Part shown: positions 24,070 to 37,182 of the stretch, piece after piece
How the letters are laid out: the number at the start of each line of letters is the position of its first letter
How positions within the stretch are numbered: position 1 is the stretch's first letter
Origin: Octopus sinensis
Lineage: Eukaryota
Reading direction: 5' to 3'
Length of the DNA stretch: 64,000 nucleotides
Assembly: GCF_006345805.1 (NCBI RefSeq)
Contig: NC_043000.1
Coordinates: 10,974,001-11,038,000, forward strand
Made by a program: the position numbers and the translations under genes
Notes under the pieces: generated by a model
Database searches by the model: none
What the model saw: the letters and a program-made list of their open reading frames with translations, nothing else
What the model was told of the DNA's origin: nothing

Positions 24070-24830
24070 TTTCCAGGACCCACTCCTCCTGATCTATGGT
24101 TACCTTAAAGCAACCTCTCCTGCCTGCATAACTATTTTGTGGCCTTCTCCCTAGTGACCCCTGTGATGCCTAGCATTCTGGGCAAAGTGACTGTCCTTTA
24201 AACCTGCTGAACCCAACCACAATGGAATCACACCTTGCTTACCATCCATTTATCTCAACATAACCCCACCAGCTTTGCACATTTCATTCTCTCTATTTGC
24301 TTCCTTAGTTTGGTCCTCCAACAGACTGGAATGATCCAACATGATTACTTGCTTGGATGCTTTCAAGATCAGCACCATATCTTACCTAAATTATGTTAAG
24401 GCAATAGTTTCTGTGAACTTCAGCTGCTTTCCTAGGCTGGCTTTCAGCTCCCAGTCTTGTGCTATTGCTTGTATACCTGGCACAATGGACTTGGCAGCTG
24501 GCATCATCTTCGCACTTGCTTTGACAATAGTGATAGTCTTCTTTTGTTGGGCAGAAGTGCCTAAATGGCTAATTCTGCTGATGTTGGTGTCTGCTATGAC
24601 ATCAGGACCTGGTGTTGTATCCACTAGTAGTGAACCTTATCCAAGGTTTTTAGATTTTAGACAACTAATGAAGATGTACTTTAGGGTCTCAGCACTTGGG
24701 GAAAGAAAGCTAGTGGTGCCACCATTTCATTAGCAGAGCAAGCTGGATGGACTCAGTAGGACATTGTAAACTGCTTGAATGAGGAATTGTTTTCCAGTGG
24801 CACAGCACTTTCCATAGACCAGGCTATGAA
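24070..24830 (-). pseudogene. HERO/NeSL-type (R2 superfamily) non-LTR relic: restriction-like endonuclease region
   Basis: Minus strand IADTNISRISH...AQDWELKASLGKQLKFTETIALT*FR*DMVLILKASKQVIMLD, corresponding to the DWEL.VDL..QL.FP..I..T.LRPDMV RLE segment. Confidence 0.75.
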
Positions 24831-25333
24831 ACTTTGCATGCCACCATTTGCTCCTATCTTAACCAGGCTCTCTGATGTTGTTTCTCAACATACTTGCTTG
24901 CTTACTCCTCCTCATTCAATACTTACACCATATTCCAGCTCTCAACCTCCTGTCCTTTCCTTTCACATCAGAGTTACTACTCAAGCCAGCTCTTCCTCAA
25001 GGTACAACACACACCAGCACTTAATTACTCTATGACTTAGCTGTGAGTCTACAACCTCAACAACCTCTGCTACTCCCCACTACCAACCTTTTCTGACTTC
25101 AATACAAGCCTAAAAGTCGTTTGAGTTACAGGAGCCTTGGTATAACAACACTTCTCCAGTATGGATTACCTCGAACTAGAAATGATTATGTAGTGGAATA
25201 AGATATTACCTTAATGACTAACTATATTTTAATTACTTTAAAGAATATGTTTGCTAATGTTCTTTCATTCTCAGAAATGGTTTTGTGACTGTAAAAATAA
25301 ATCTATAACTTGCCTTTTTCCTCTCTATTTCAG

Positions 25334-25427
25334 AATTCCATTGCAATACATTATTGGAGAATGGGATTTCTGCGACCTAACTTTAAAGATGCAGCCCCCA
25401 GTTTTTATCCCAAGACCAGAAACTGAG
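25334..25427 (+). CDS. HEMK1: HEMK1 coding exon (P.QYI.GEWDF...VFIPRPETE motif)
   Basis: ctctctatttcag|A ATT CCA...ACT GAG|gttcta. 94 nt: (R)[31 protein letters not shown], the hallmark HemK/PrmC motif. Confidence 0.96.
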
Positions 25428-26249
25428 GTTCTACTCCTTTTTTTTTGTCTTTAACCTTTTAGCCTATTTAACAAGTTTTATTTATAGCCTCTATAATAGA
25501 AACGATATTCAACTAACCATTATAAATATTTAAATATTCTAATGTAGGTTACTGCTTAAAGCTTGACCTTTATAGCTCTTTTGCATTTTGTTTTTACTAT
25601 ACAATGTTTACAGTACTCTTTTTGTTTTTTAACTCTCTTTCTTGTTTCAGTCATTTGACTGTGGCCATGCTGGAGCACAACCTTTTAGTCGAGCAAATCA
25701 ACCCCAGGACTTATTCTTTGTAAGCCTAGTACTTATTCTATCGGTCTCTTTTGCCGAACCGCTAAGTTACAGTGACGTAAACACAGCAGCATCGGTTGTC
25801 AAGCGATGTTGGGGGAACAAACACAGACACACAAACATATACACACACATAAATATATATATACATACATACATATATGCGGCGGGCTTCTTTCAGTTTC
25901 CGTCTATCAAATCCACTCACAAGGCTTTGGTCAGCCCGAGGCTATAATAGAAGACGCTTGCCCAAGGTACCACACAGTGGGACTGAACCCGGAACCATGT
26001 GGTTGGAAAGCAAGCTACTTACCACACAGCCACTCCTGCTTTATTTAGTTATATAACTAATGAAGTGAATGTATGTATGACTCTATTGTATTTTCTAGCT
26101 TAACAATTTCCACTTTTTTTTTCTTAGTTTGTAAAATTTCTTCTATAGAACTCTATAAATATCTACTCTTTCTATCTCCCAGTGAGTTTCCTCATAAACC
26201 AGTGCTCACACTGAGAATACTGTTTGGTTTCCAGAAGTAAGAATTAGGT

Positions 26250-26990
26250 TTAATGCTATGGTTGAAAATATGATAAAGGATATGAAGAAGACAAACAAAG
26301 TAGCTGGACTATCAGAGATAGACACCAAACGCTGAAAATATTTGCTGATGTAGGACATGTGCTTAGTGCTTATTACTTACAGTCAGACAGGTAGGATAAG
26401 GAGGTGTCATACAGTGGCGAAAGGTGACTAGGAAACTAGGCCATGCACCCCCTCCCCCACACTGAGGTCGGTGAATTTCTGAGTGTTCCAGCCTCCCCAG
26501 TTTTCCATGAAAAGTGTAGTATTATATGCTTTGAGATATGGGGAGTCTGAAAATGAAAATAGTTCACCTCCCCACACACACACAATGATGCACCATTTTG
26601 AAGTAGTTAGTAAGGCATGAGAAACATACATACAAACATTTGTGGAAAGAATCAACTAAAGAAGCATCGAACTTGTAGGGGTTAAGTTGTGAAAATAACT
26701 GATTAGAAAGAGTATTAATTTAGATGAAATGCAGTTTGGGTTTCTGCCTGGAGTGAGTATCACCAGTGCTCTTCTAGTGATGCAGCTAACTATGGGAGTT
26801 CTTAGCTAAAACAAGCTACTGTAGTTAGCATTTGCTGATCTAAAGGTGGTCTCTCACAGGTTGTCCCATTCAATAGTTTGGTGGTGGTTGAGAAAACTAG
26901 GTGTAGATTTGGAAGCTTGTGCATGCCATGTACAAAGATACTATCAGCAAAATGAGTTCAGTGAGGGAAAGATGGTCACTAAAATTTGAT
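26250..26990 (+). pseudogene. RTE-clade reverse transcriptase relic
   Basis: LIRKSINLDEMQFGFLPG...LAFADLK...IVWWWLRKLGV (RT domains 2-3), disrupted. Confidence 0.7.
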
Positions 26991-27084
26991 TAAGTAGCAT
27001 AATTGGGTCTGGGATGAAGCAATGGAGGCAGTCTGCCTCTGATAATGTTTTTATGGGGGTGGCAATTTTGGGTCTGCTGTATAA

Positions 27085-27550
27085 GCATATATATAGCGTA
27101 AAAGCAGTGTTATTGTATGGGGATGAGACATGGAGAACAACAGTTTAGTCAAATAAGCAAATACAATCATTCATCAACAGATGCTTGCGTAGTATACTTA
27201 AAATTAGATGGCCCAAACACATAAGCAATATGGAGCTATGGCAAAGAACAAATCAAGTTTCGATTAGGGAGCAGATATTTAAGAAAAAGTGGAAGTGGAT
27301 TGGTAGCACAATTAGAAAAGAAACACTGAATGTAGCGAAAAGTGCTTTACAGTGGAAACCGGATGGATATAGATGGAGAGGTAGGCCTAAGAACTTGTGG
27401 CGGAGATCAACACAAAAGGAACTAGAGAAAGAGGGATGTTCATGGTAGAGTATAAGTGCAGAAGCCAAAAATTATATGACATAGAATTCAACTATAAGTG
27501 GCCTATACTCTGCATTGGAGGGCTAAAGGCACAAAGAAAAAAAAAAAAGA
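27085..27550 (+). mobile_element. RTE-type LINE 3' end with A-rich tail
   Basis: KAVLLYGDETWRT...RCLRSILKIRWPKHISNMELWQRTNQ...KWKWIG...ALQWKPDGYRWRGRPKNLWRRS, then poly(A) at ~27537-27548. Confidence 0.8.
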
Positions 27551-29559
27551 AGTATAAGCATAAAAGGAGTGGGAGACAAATGAAAGGGCTGCCCTGCATG
27601 GCACACACTTTAGTTATGCTATACATTTGATTCTCAGTCCATAACAAGAGTTTAAGACTGGCTGTCCATAGAAACTTTTGAATGCTTGTGACTTGGTTCT
27701 CATAGCTGAATGTTACAAAGAATTAGAGAAAACTTCCAAACATGAAACCAAAGTCTAGGATTAAGAGGCCTCAAAAAGCAAATGTAGAAAAGGCTAAAAT
27801 TTTAGATGTTTTGGCGTCCCCATTAATATTAATTTCAAATTTTGAGACAAGGCCAGAAATTTCAAGAGAGGAGAGTAAGCTGACTATATTGATCCCCGTG
27901 CACAACTGGTACTCATTTTATTGACTCCAAAAGGATGAAAAGCAAAGTTAACCTAAGCAGAATTTGAACTCAGAACGTAAAGATGGATAAAATGCTTTTA
28001 AGTATTTTGCCTGGCATGCTAATGACTCTACCAGCTTGCTATCTTAGTGTCCTGAAAATATTGAATAGCAGTTCAACTTGTTTAATTCATATCACATGAA
28101 CTTGTTTCAACATGTTAAGAATTTTGATTATATCTTCGATTTTGTTCCATTGTGTATCTAATTTTTGCTATCTAATAGTTGTTATCTAATAGTTGTATCT
28201 AATAGTTGTTAAATAAATATGTGAAACTTGAAAACATGTGACCAGCAGAATAATGCTGTGCATGATGTGATTACACTATAGATTATACTATCTCCATCAG
28301 CTTTTGTTATAGATCTTAATATCAGCAATCAATTCAAGGTGGCAAGCTGGCAGAATTGTGAGTATGCTGGGTGAAATGCTTAGTGGTATTTTGTCTGTCG
28401 CTACGTTGTGAGTTCAAATTCCACTGAGGTTGACTTTGCCTTTCATCCTTTCGGGGTCGATAAATTAAGTACCAGTTACGCACTGGAGTCGATGTAATCG
28501 ACTTAATACCTATGTCTGTCCTTGTTTGTCCCCTCTGTGTTTAGCCCCTTGTGGGTAATAAAGAAATAGGTATTTTGTCTGTCGCTACGTTCTGGGTTCA
28601 AATTCCGCTGAGGTTGACTTTGCCTTTCATCCTTTCGGAGTCGATTATATAAGTACCAGTTACGCACTGGGGTTGATATAATCGACTTAATCCGTTTGTC
28701 CTTGTTTGTCTTCTCTGTGTTGCCCCTTGTGGGTCGTAAAGAAATAGAAATAGGTATTTTGTCTGAGTTCAAATTTCGCTGAGGTTGACTTTGCTTGTCA
28801 TCCTTTCGGGGTTGATAAATTAAGTACCAGTTGCATATTGGGGTCAATCTAATCGACTAGCCCCCTCCCCCCAAAATTTCAGGCCCTGTGCCTAGAGTAG
28901 AAAAGAATTGTGAGCACACCAGGCAAAATGCTTAGCAACATTTCATATATTTATATGATGAGTTCAAATTCTGTTGAGGTCAACTTTGCCTTTCATCCTT
29001 TTAGAGTTGATAAAATGAGTACCACTTGAGCACTGGAGTCGATGTAATCAACTTATCCCCTACCCTAACATTGCTGGCCTTGTGCCAAAATTTGAAATCA
29101 GTATTATCAACAGTTAAGGCAGTGAGCTGGAAGAATCATTAGCACCTTGGGCAAAATGCTTAGCGGCATTCTGTCTACCTTTGTGTTCTGAGTTCAAATT
29201 CTGCTAAAGTTGATTTTGCCTTTCAGTCTTTTGGGGTTGATAAAATAAGTATCAGTTGAGCACTGGAGTTGGTATAATCAGCTTACTGCACCCCCCCCCC
29301 ACTGAAATTGCAGGCCTTGTGCCAAAATTTGAAATCAATATTACCAACAGTTTGGTTGTTGGTCTCAGTGTCACCTATCATTTATGCTGCAGGTTAACTC
29401 GTTACCATATTTTTGTTAAGATACTCTGGCTTTGTTTCAATAATTTTTGAAAATAATGAAGAAATTAGTAAAATAGCTTTGTCAATATTAAGCTGTTATT
29501 TGGAACATAAATTAATATGAAAGGTTTATGGAAGGTTTTAATTTGCATGTTGTGCAGAA

Positions 29560-29880
29560 TATACTGCCAGCATTGCCCAAACGACCTGAACATTAGCTTC
29601 AAGGCTCATCTAAGGCTGGGACCACGGGCCATACGTCCCCTGCCCAATTCAGGATCACAACATATAGGTACACTGTGATACAATTTCTTTTCCTCAACAG
29701 GCCCTGCCCTGTTTAACATTGTCCCAAAACTGATCAAAGAGGAAAAGGATCCCATCACCTTTAAATAGAGTCTGGACAAATTTCTTCTAGGAATACCAGG
29801 TAAGCCACCCATACCCGGATACAACTCACTCAACAAGAACTCACAACTTGAATGGACCATAATAACACAAAACTTGACAT
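29560..29880 (+). mobile_element. CR1/L2-group LINE 3' relic
   Basis: FSSTGPALFNIVPKLIKEEKDPITFK*SLDKFLLGIPGKPPIPGYN, typical of the C-terminus of CR1/L2-group ORF2. Confidence 0.7.
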
Positions 29881-29917
29881 AAAAAGGATTTAGATAATCC
29901 TATCAGGTGGTGCTGTA

Positions 29918-30315
29918 GGCATAGGAGTGGCTGTGTACTAAGTAGCTTGCTTACGAACCACATGGTTCCGGGTTCAGTCCCACTGCGTGGCACCTTGGGC
30001 AAGTGTCTTCTACTATAGCCTCGGGCCGACCAAAGCCTTGTGAGTGGATTTGGTAGACAGAAACTGAAAGAAGCCTGTCATATATATGTATATATATATA
30101 TAAGTATGTGTGTGTGTACGTATCTGTGTTTGTCCCCCCAACATCGCTTGACGACCGATGCTGGTGTGTTTATGTCACCGTCACTTAGCGGTTCGGCAAA
30201 AGAGATCCGATAGAATAAATACTAGGCTTAGAAAGAATAAGTGCTGGGGTCGATTTTCTCGACTAAAGACGGTGCTCCAGCATGGCCGCAGTCAAATGAC
30301 TGAAACAAGTAAAAT
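29918..30315 (+). mobile_element. SINE family A, full-length, ~120 bp upstream of the motif-I exon
   Basis: Same head, body and tail as 10258-10690. Confidence 0.85.
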
Positions 30316-30433
30316 GAGTATTAAGTTAGACATGGCCTGGACCAATCTTTCGTCGAAACTTATCTAAGTTTTATATTTATATCAAAATGGTTAATTCATA
30401 CAATTGAGTTATTTCTCATCTTTCATCTTTCAG

Positions 30434-30556
30434 CAACTTGTTGGCCATATTTTGAGCTTCTTGGATGCAGAAAAAAAAGAAACGAAAGGCAGATTTTTGG
30501 AAATTGGTTGTGGTTCTGGTAGTCTGAGTTTGGCCTTGCTGCATAAACTCACTCAG
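30434..30556 (+). CDS. HEMK1: HEMK1 coding exon with SAM-binding motif I
   Basis: ctttcatctttcag|CAA...CAG|gtaact. 123 nt, phase 0-0: QLVGHILSFLDAEKKETKGRFLEIGCGSGSLSLALLHKLTQ (LEIGCGSG = class I MTase motif I). Confidence 0.96.
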
Positions 30557-30864
30557 GTAACTAAGGAGCTTGTGATGGTGGTGGTGGTGGCTGTGGGTGT
30601 GTAGTATGTACATAATATATATAAGTGTATCTAATTCTGTTAGTATTTTTCAATCTAAAGATCTAAAAATCTTATAAAAACTTCACTCTTTCCACTATGT
30701 AATTGGTAAGTCAACTTCTTTTTCTACCTTATTTTTTCATTTGTTTAAAAATTTACCTGATGATGGCAAATTTTTGCAATGATGTAATCTAAGAATACAT
30801 AATCTAAATGCTGCTGAAACAGCTGTTGTGAATTTTGAACTCCCCACACATATATATATGTAAG

Positions 30865-31205
30865 GGTAAAGACCCCCTTCGGTCATGAGTGACCATGGGT
30901 TTGCACCTAGAGAGTTACCCTCTGAGGCACAAGTCTGGGCAAGGTTGTTTTATGGAAGACCAGTAGTCGCCCATGCATACCGGCCTCCTCTCTCCACGCT
31001 GCCGATGTCATCCAAGGGAAAGGCAAGGGCCGATACAGCTTGGCACCTGTGACGTCGCAACTCATTTCTACAGCTGAGTGAACTGGAGCAACGTGAAATA
31101 AAGTGTCTTGCTCAAGAACACAACACGCAGCCCGGTCCGGGATTCGAGCTCACAACCTCACGATCGTAAGCTCGACACTCTAACCACTGAGCCATGCGCC
31201 TTCAC
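30865..31205 (-). mobile_element. tRNA-derived SINE family D
   Basis: Minus strand ggcgcatggctcagtggttagagtg (A box) ... gctcgaatccc (B box) ... ttcttgagcaagacac. Copies at 32685-33015(+) and 42440-42775(+); a related element at 59598-59895(+). Confidence 0.8.
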
Positions 31206-31260
31206 CTTCACCTTCACCTTCGCCTTCAGCCATGCGCCTATATATATGTATATATATATG

Positions 31261-31329
<69 letters not shown>

Positions 31330-31452
31330 TAAAATAGGATAAAATCCTTATAAGAATTTATCAAGTAGTCAGCGTGAAAAAAACTCATAAGGGAAAAATT
31401 ATAATTCCCTTTAAATATATTTATTTATATTAAGGGCATGCACGCACGCACA

Positions 31453-31483
<31 letters not shown>

Positions 31484-33019
31484 CAAAACTGTATTAGTTG
31501 TTATGCCTCTTCAGTGAACCCCTTGAGTCAATCCATCTTATCCTGTCCCTGCTGTAGTCATCAACATAACCTATCATACATAGATAAAAGAAACAACTGT
31601 ACCATACATTAACTTCTATTCTGCCCCCCCCCCATCCCTTATACAGACTACCATAGTTTCAGTAGGTGCACTATTGTCAGTTGGTCACTAAATATCAGCA
31701 GAAACTGTATGTGATCAATTGGCCTGCAAAAAAAAAAAAAAAAAAAAAAAGAAAAAAGAAAATAAGCATCCTTAAAATAAAAAGAAAGAAGACATTGTTT
31801 AGTGTAGTCTGGGAAACACTATCTTTCGGATGTGTTTGATTAAGTTTGCTTTGGGGGATTAAACAACAAGGAAATAAGGCAATCCAAAATGATTAAATGC
31901 CTAAGTGTAACAATGTGGCCCAGAATCAAATCGACACTTGGTCTATCTGTCACTGCTGTTTAATATAGTACAGCTGTAGTATCTATGCAATTGTAATAGT
32001 GTTACTACTGCTTACTATAATAATATAGTACGACTGTTGCTGTAGTTGTTATAGTATTTTAACACTACTATTACTGTTATTTACTATAGTATTATAGTCT
32101 GTTTTCTACTATAATAATATAGTACTACTGTTACTGCTATTTGCTATGGTAGGGTAGAACCACAGTTACTGTTATTTATATAGTAGTATGTTTGTTCCTT
32201 CTTGAGCCATGCCTGGCTCATAAGGGCCAGTTTCCCAGTTTCATTGACATATAGGTTCCCCACCTGGACGGGATGCCGGTCCGTCACAGGTGAGCTGTTA
32301 GATGCAGGAGGAAAGTTGTGGCAAAAGAGTAAGCAGAAGTCCACTACATTCTGAGTTCAAATTCCACCGAGGTCGACTTTGCCTTTCATCCTTTCGGGGT
32401 TGATTAAATATGTACCAGTTATGCACTGGGGTCGATATGATCGACTTAATCCATTTGTCTGTCCTTGTTTGTTCCCTCTGTGTGTAGCTCCTTGTGAGCA
32501 GTAAAGAAATAAGAAGTTCGACATTACCTTCTGCTGGAGCAGCGTGGAGCTTAAGTGTTTTGCTCATAAACACACACATCACATGATCTGAGATTCGAAC
32601 CCGCGATCCCTCAACCGCGAGTTTGCTGCTCTAACCACTAGGCCATGTGCCTCCACATATAGTAATATAAAGATACTTAAAAGGAGGGCACATGGCTCAG
32701 TGGTTTAGAACATTGGGCTCACAATCATGAGGTTGTGAGTTTGATTCCTGAACTGGGCTGCGTGTTGTGTTCTTGAGCAAAACACTTTATTTTGTGTTGC
32801 TCCAGTTCACTCAGCTGTAGAAATGAGTTACAACATCACTGGTGCCAAGCTGTATCAGCTTTTGCCTTTCCCTTGGATAATATTGGTGGCATGGAGAGGG
32901 GAGGCTGGTATGCATGGGCGACTGCTGGTCTTCCATTAACAACATTGCCTGGACTAATGCCTAGGAGGGTAACTTTCTAGGTGCAATCTCATGGTCATTC
33001 GTGATTGAAATGGGTCTTT

Positions 33020-33405
33020 ACTCTTTTACTCTTTTACTTTCAGTCATTTGACTGTGGCCATGCTGGAGCATCGCCTTTAGTCGAGCAAATCGCCCCCAGG
33101 ACTTATTCTTTGTAAGCCTAGTACTTATTCTATCAGTTTCTTTTTTACTGAACCGCTAAGTTACGGGGACGTAAACACACCACCATTGGTTGTCAAGCGA
33201 TGTTGAGGGGACAAGCACAGACACACAAACATATACACATACACATACACGACGGGCTTCTTTCAGTTTCCGTCTACCAAATCCACTCACAAGGCTTTGG
33301 TCAGCCCGAGGCTATAGTAGAAGACACTTGCCCAAGGTGCCACGCAGTGGAACTGAACCCAGAACCATGTGGTTGATAAGCAAGCTACTTATCACACAGC
33401 CACTC
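33020..33405 (-). mobile_element. SINE family A, minus strand
   Basis: Reverse complement of the family A consensus (tttcagtcatttgactgtggccatgctggagc...aagcaagctactt...cacacagccact). Confidence 0.85.
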
Positions 33406-33491
33406 ATAGTCCTAGGCTAACTAAAGCCTTTTGTGTGAATTCGGTACATAGAATCTGAAAGAAGCCCATTGTATGTGTGTGTGTGTGTGTG

Positions 33492-33542
<51 letters not shown>

Positions 33543-34869
33543 TCCTTGTCTTGATGTGTCATAGTTGTTAAATGAATGTGACCATCATACAAACATTGTA
33601 ATTCATTTTTCAACCTATTATCAAAACGTGTCATAAAGAAAATATTGTCTTGCTTGGAAAACAAATGTGGCTCAATGAATTCTGTCTCACCTATGCAAGC
33701 ATGGAAAAGTAGACATTATAACAATGATGATGATGACGATGATGAGTCTTCTAATGCTCTCTTTATTAAATATGTTAGCACTAATTTAACTTACGTGTTT
33801 CAGATGGTTGACATTTTGGAATTATTTATTCTGTAAATGGTGTTATTTACTTAACCAGTGTACAATCTCGAACAATTAATTAGTTATCTCTTATCATTAC
33901 TTTGGCAAACACACTTAAGATTGTGCTTTGTGAGGAAGTCACAATAATCCTAAAACCTGTCTTGTCTTCTTTTATACTTCAGGGAGAAATAAAACTAATA
34001 TTAGTCATCAATCATCATCATCATCGTTTAACATCCGCTTTCCATGCTAGTATGGGTTGGACGATTTTGACTGAGGGCTGGCGAACCAGATGGCTGCCCC
34101 AGGCTCCAATCTTGATCTGGCAGAGTTTCTACAGCTGGATGCCCTTCCTAACGCCAACCACTCTGAGAATGTAGTGGGTGCTCTTTATGTGCCACCGGCA
34201 CGGGCGCCAGTTACTGGCAATGACCTCGCTCGAATCTTTTTTACACGTGCCACCGGCACAGGTGCCAGTGAAGCGACGTTGGTAATGATCACGCTCGAAT
34301 GGTGCCTTTTACATGCCACGGGTACGGAAGCCAGTTGGCTGCTCTGGCAACGATCATGTTCGGATTTGCACCCTACTAACACATGCACAAGTGCCAGTAA
34401 GGCGACACTGGTAATGATCATACTCGAACAGTGCCCTTTTATGTGCCACTGGCACAGAAGCCAGTTAGTCGCTCTGTCAATGATCGCACTTGTATGGTGC
34501 TCTTTGCACCCCGCTGGCACGGATGCCAGTCATCGAATTGATTTTGGTTTTGATTGATTTTGATTTCACTTGCCTCAACAGGTACAATCTTGAACATTTA
34601 ATTAGTTTTCTCTTAGCATTACTTTGGCAAATACACTTAAGATTGTGCTTCATGAGGAAGTCACAATAATCCTAAAACCTGTCTAGTCTTCTTTTATACT
34701 CCAGGGAGAAATAAAACTAATATTAGTCATCATTGACCTGCATTATTTTTTTCCTTGCAACATAATTATTTTCAGTTAAAAAATATGTCACAAACATATT
34801 TTAACTTACCTAAAGTTTGTGTTTATTCATAATCTCTATTTGGCACTGATACTGCTATATGTCTCGTAG

Positions 34870-35178
34870 AAGCGTCATCCAACCAAAGTACAAATATATG
34901 GGAAACTACCACCTGTATCATCTCTTGTGAAAGGTAGAAGAGTCCAGTTTGCTGGACATTGTTGTAGAGCTGAAAACGAGGTCATTTCTACTCTTCTCCT
35001 CTGGAAGCCATCTGCTCGCAATACCAGAGGGCGCACACTCTCCTACTCTGATATAATCTTCAGGCATACAGGCATCCAGCAGCAGGACCTCCGTAATGCT
35101 ATGATGGACCATGAAGTCTGGCGTAACATAGTAAATTCCATTGTCTCGACCACGGTCAAACAATGATGATGATGATAC
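34870..35178 (+). mobile_element. RTE/RTEX-like LINE 3' end with (GAT)n tail
   Basis: PTKVQIYGKLPPVSSLVKGRRVQFAGHCCRAENEVISTLLLWKP...RGRTLSY...WRNIV, ending in tgatgatgatgat. Confidence 0.75.
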
Positions 35179-36936
35179 TATATGTATCCTGACCAGGTGG
35201 TTAAGTAGCACAACTCAGTCACTGATGTTGACTGTTTTTCTTTTTTTAAGGGAAAGCCACAGATTTGTATCTGTCCAGGGTTATTTTCCTTCGGTATTTC
35301 CCATGGAGAAAGGCTAAAGAGCTAGGAATGGCTGTCTAGGAATCTGATAGAGCAAGCCCTGGGCAAATACAGTGTTTTTACACATTTTATTACCATATGA
35401 AAGAATTATTTCTCCATGGTAACTGCAGTGAATTTACCTTTAGCAGTCGAAATATGTCGCAAACATGTTTTAACTAACCTAAAGGTTGTTTATTTCTAAT
35501 CACTGCTTGGCACTGATGTTGCTATATTCTTCTACTTGTTTCAGTCATTTGACTGTGGCCATGCTACAGCACCACCTTGAAGGGTTTTTAGTCAAATGAA
35601 TTGACCCCAATACTTATTTCTTTTTTAAAGCCTGGTACTTATTCTATCCATCCCTTTTTGCTGAATTGCTAAGTTACTGGGATGTAAACACACCAGCACT
35701 GGTTGTCAAGTGGTGATGGGGCGGGGGCGGGGGGCAAACACAGACACAAAGACACGCGCACACACACACACACACACATGTATATATATATACAACAAGC
35801 TTGTTTCAATTTCCATCTACCAAATCCACTCGCAAGGCTTTAGTAGGCTTGAGGCTATAGTAGAAGACATTCACCTAAGGTGCCATGCAGTGGGACTGAA
35901 CCCAGAACCATGTGGTTGGGAAGCAAACTTCTTACCATACGACCATGTCTGTGCCGATTATCTGTTAACATTAATTTAACTATTATTTCTAGTGGCCAAA
36001 ATGTGGTTCCCCCAAAGGATATCAGGAGTAATGTTACTAGACGGGGTGTGTATCTTGGAGATCAGGATGTCTCTCCAGGTCAAGCCACTGCCTCTCTGTA
36101 TTAAGGAGCCACAGCTCTGTTACTATAGATATGCAATCAGAATGTTGCGGGAAAGAAACGCAAAACAGATTCTTCAAACTCAGCCAACTGGTAGATCAAA
36201 AACGAGATGGTTGGATATGATATCCATAGTCTAAGTTGGTCACATTTAAGAATCCAGCTGAAAAAGTGTAATGGTGGTTGCTTCTGATTGGACCCTGTAG
36301 AGGAGGTACCTGAAGACTCTACCCCAAAACTTTCACAAGAATAGTGGCTGGGTGGGTTGGCAGATGATGGAGGAAAAAGGGGACGAAAAGGAGGAGTGTT
36401 GTGAGTGGATTTGGTAGACAGAAACGGAAAGAAGCCCATAGTATATGTATATGTGTGTGAGTGTCTTTGTATCTGTTTGTTCCACTATCATTGCTTGACA
36501 ACCGGTGTTGGTGTGTTTACATCCCTGTAACATAGCAGTTCGGCAGAGAGACTGATAGAATGAGTACTAGGCTTAAAAGTAAGTCCTGGGGTCGAATTGT
36601 TTGACTAAAACACTTCAAGGCAGTGCTGCAGCATGGCCGTAGTCAAATGACGGAAAACTAATGAAAGAGTAAAATAAACATTGTGTTTGACAAAATAAAA
36701 TCTGAATGCTCAAGGGTTTAAAACTCATTTTTACTTCAATCATAAAAGATAGATAGTAAAACGAGAAAATGAAAGAAGACTGATCAAGCTGTAAAGAAGA
36801 ATTCTGACTGAGCCAGGGCTAACCTTTGATATGTGTGGATGTAGAGCAATAAAACAATGAAGCCAATGTCTTTATAATGAAAAAAAATCTTTCTCGACCA
36901 GTGGGACTTGCCTGGTTTTGTTTATTCTGTTTCCAG

Positions 36937-37051
36937 TGGAATTGCGTGGCTACAGATATATCAAAAGAATCTCGCTATCTGACCCACGAAAATGCCCATC
37001 GATGCAAACTTGCAGATCGAATCCAAATTATAGAGCATGACATCAACAAAG
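36937..37051 (+). CDS. HEMK1: HEMK1 coding exon (motif II, DIS...ENA)
   Basis: tttattctgtttccag|TGG...AAAG|gtaaac. 115 nt: WNCVATDISKESRYLTHENAHRCKLADRIQIIEHDINK + G. Confidence 0.95.
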
Positions 37052-37143
37052 GTAAACATCTTGTTTCTCAGTTTACTACTTATTACTAGTGCGACTAATA
37101 ATATGCTAATGACAGTAGTAGTAGTTGTGGTGGTGGTGGTAAC

Positions 37144-37182
<39 letters not shown>

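Noticed and set aside
32685-32760. tRNA genes at SINE heads (also 42440, 59598, 10265 etc.)
   Set aside because: A/B-box-like motifs only; no complete cloverleaf, and they continue into SINE bodies.
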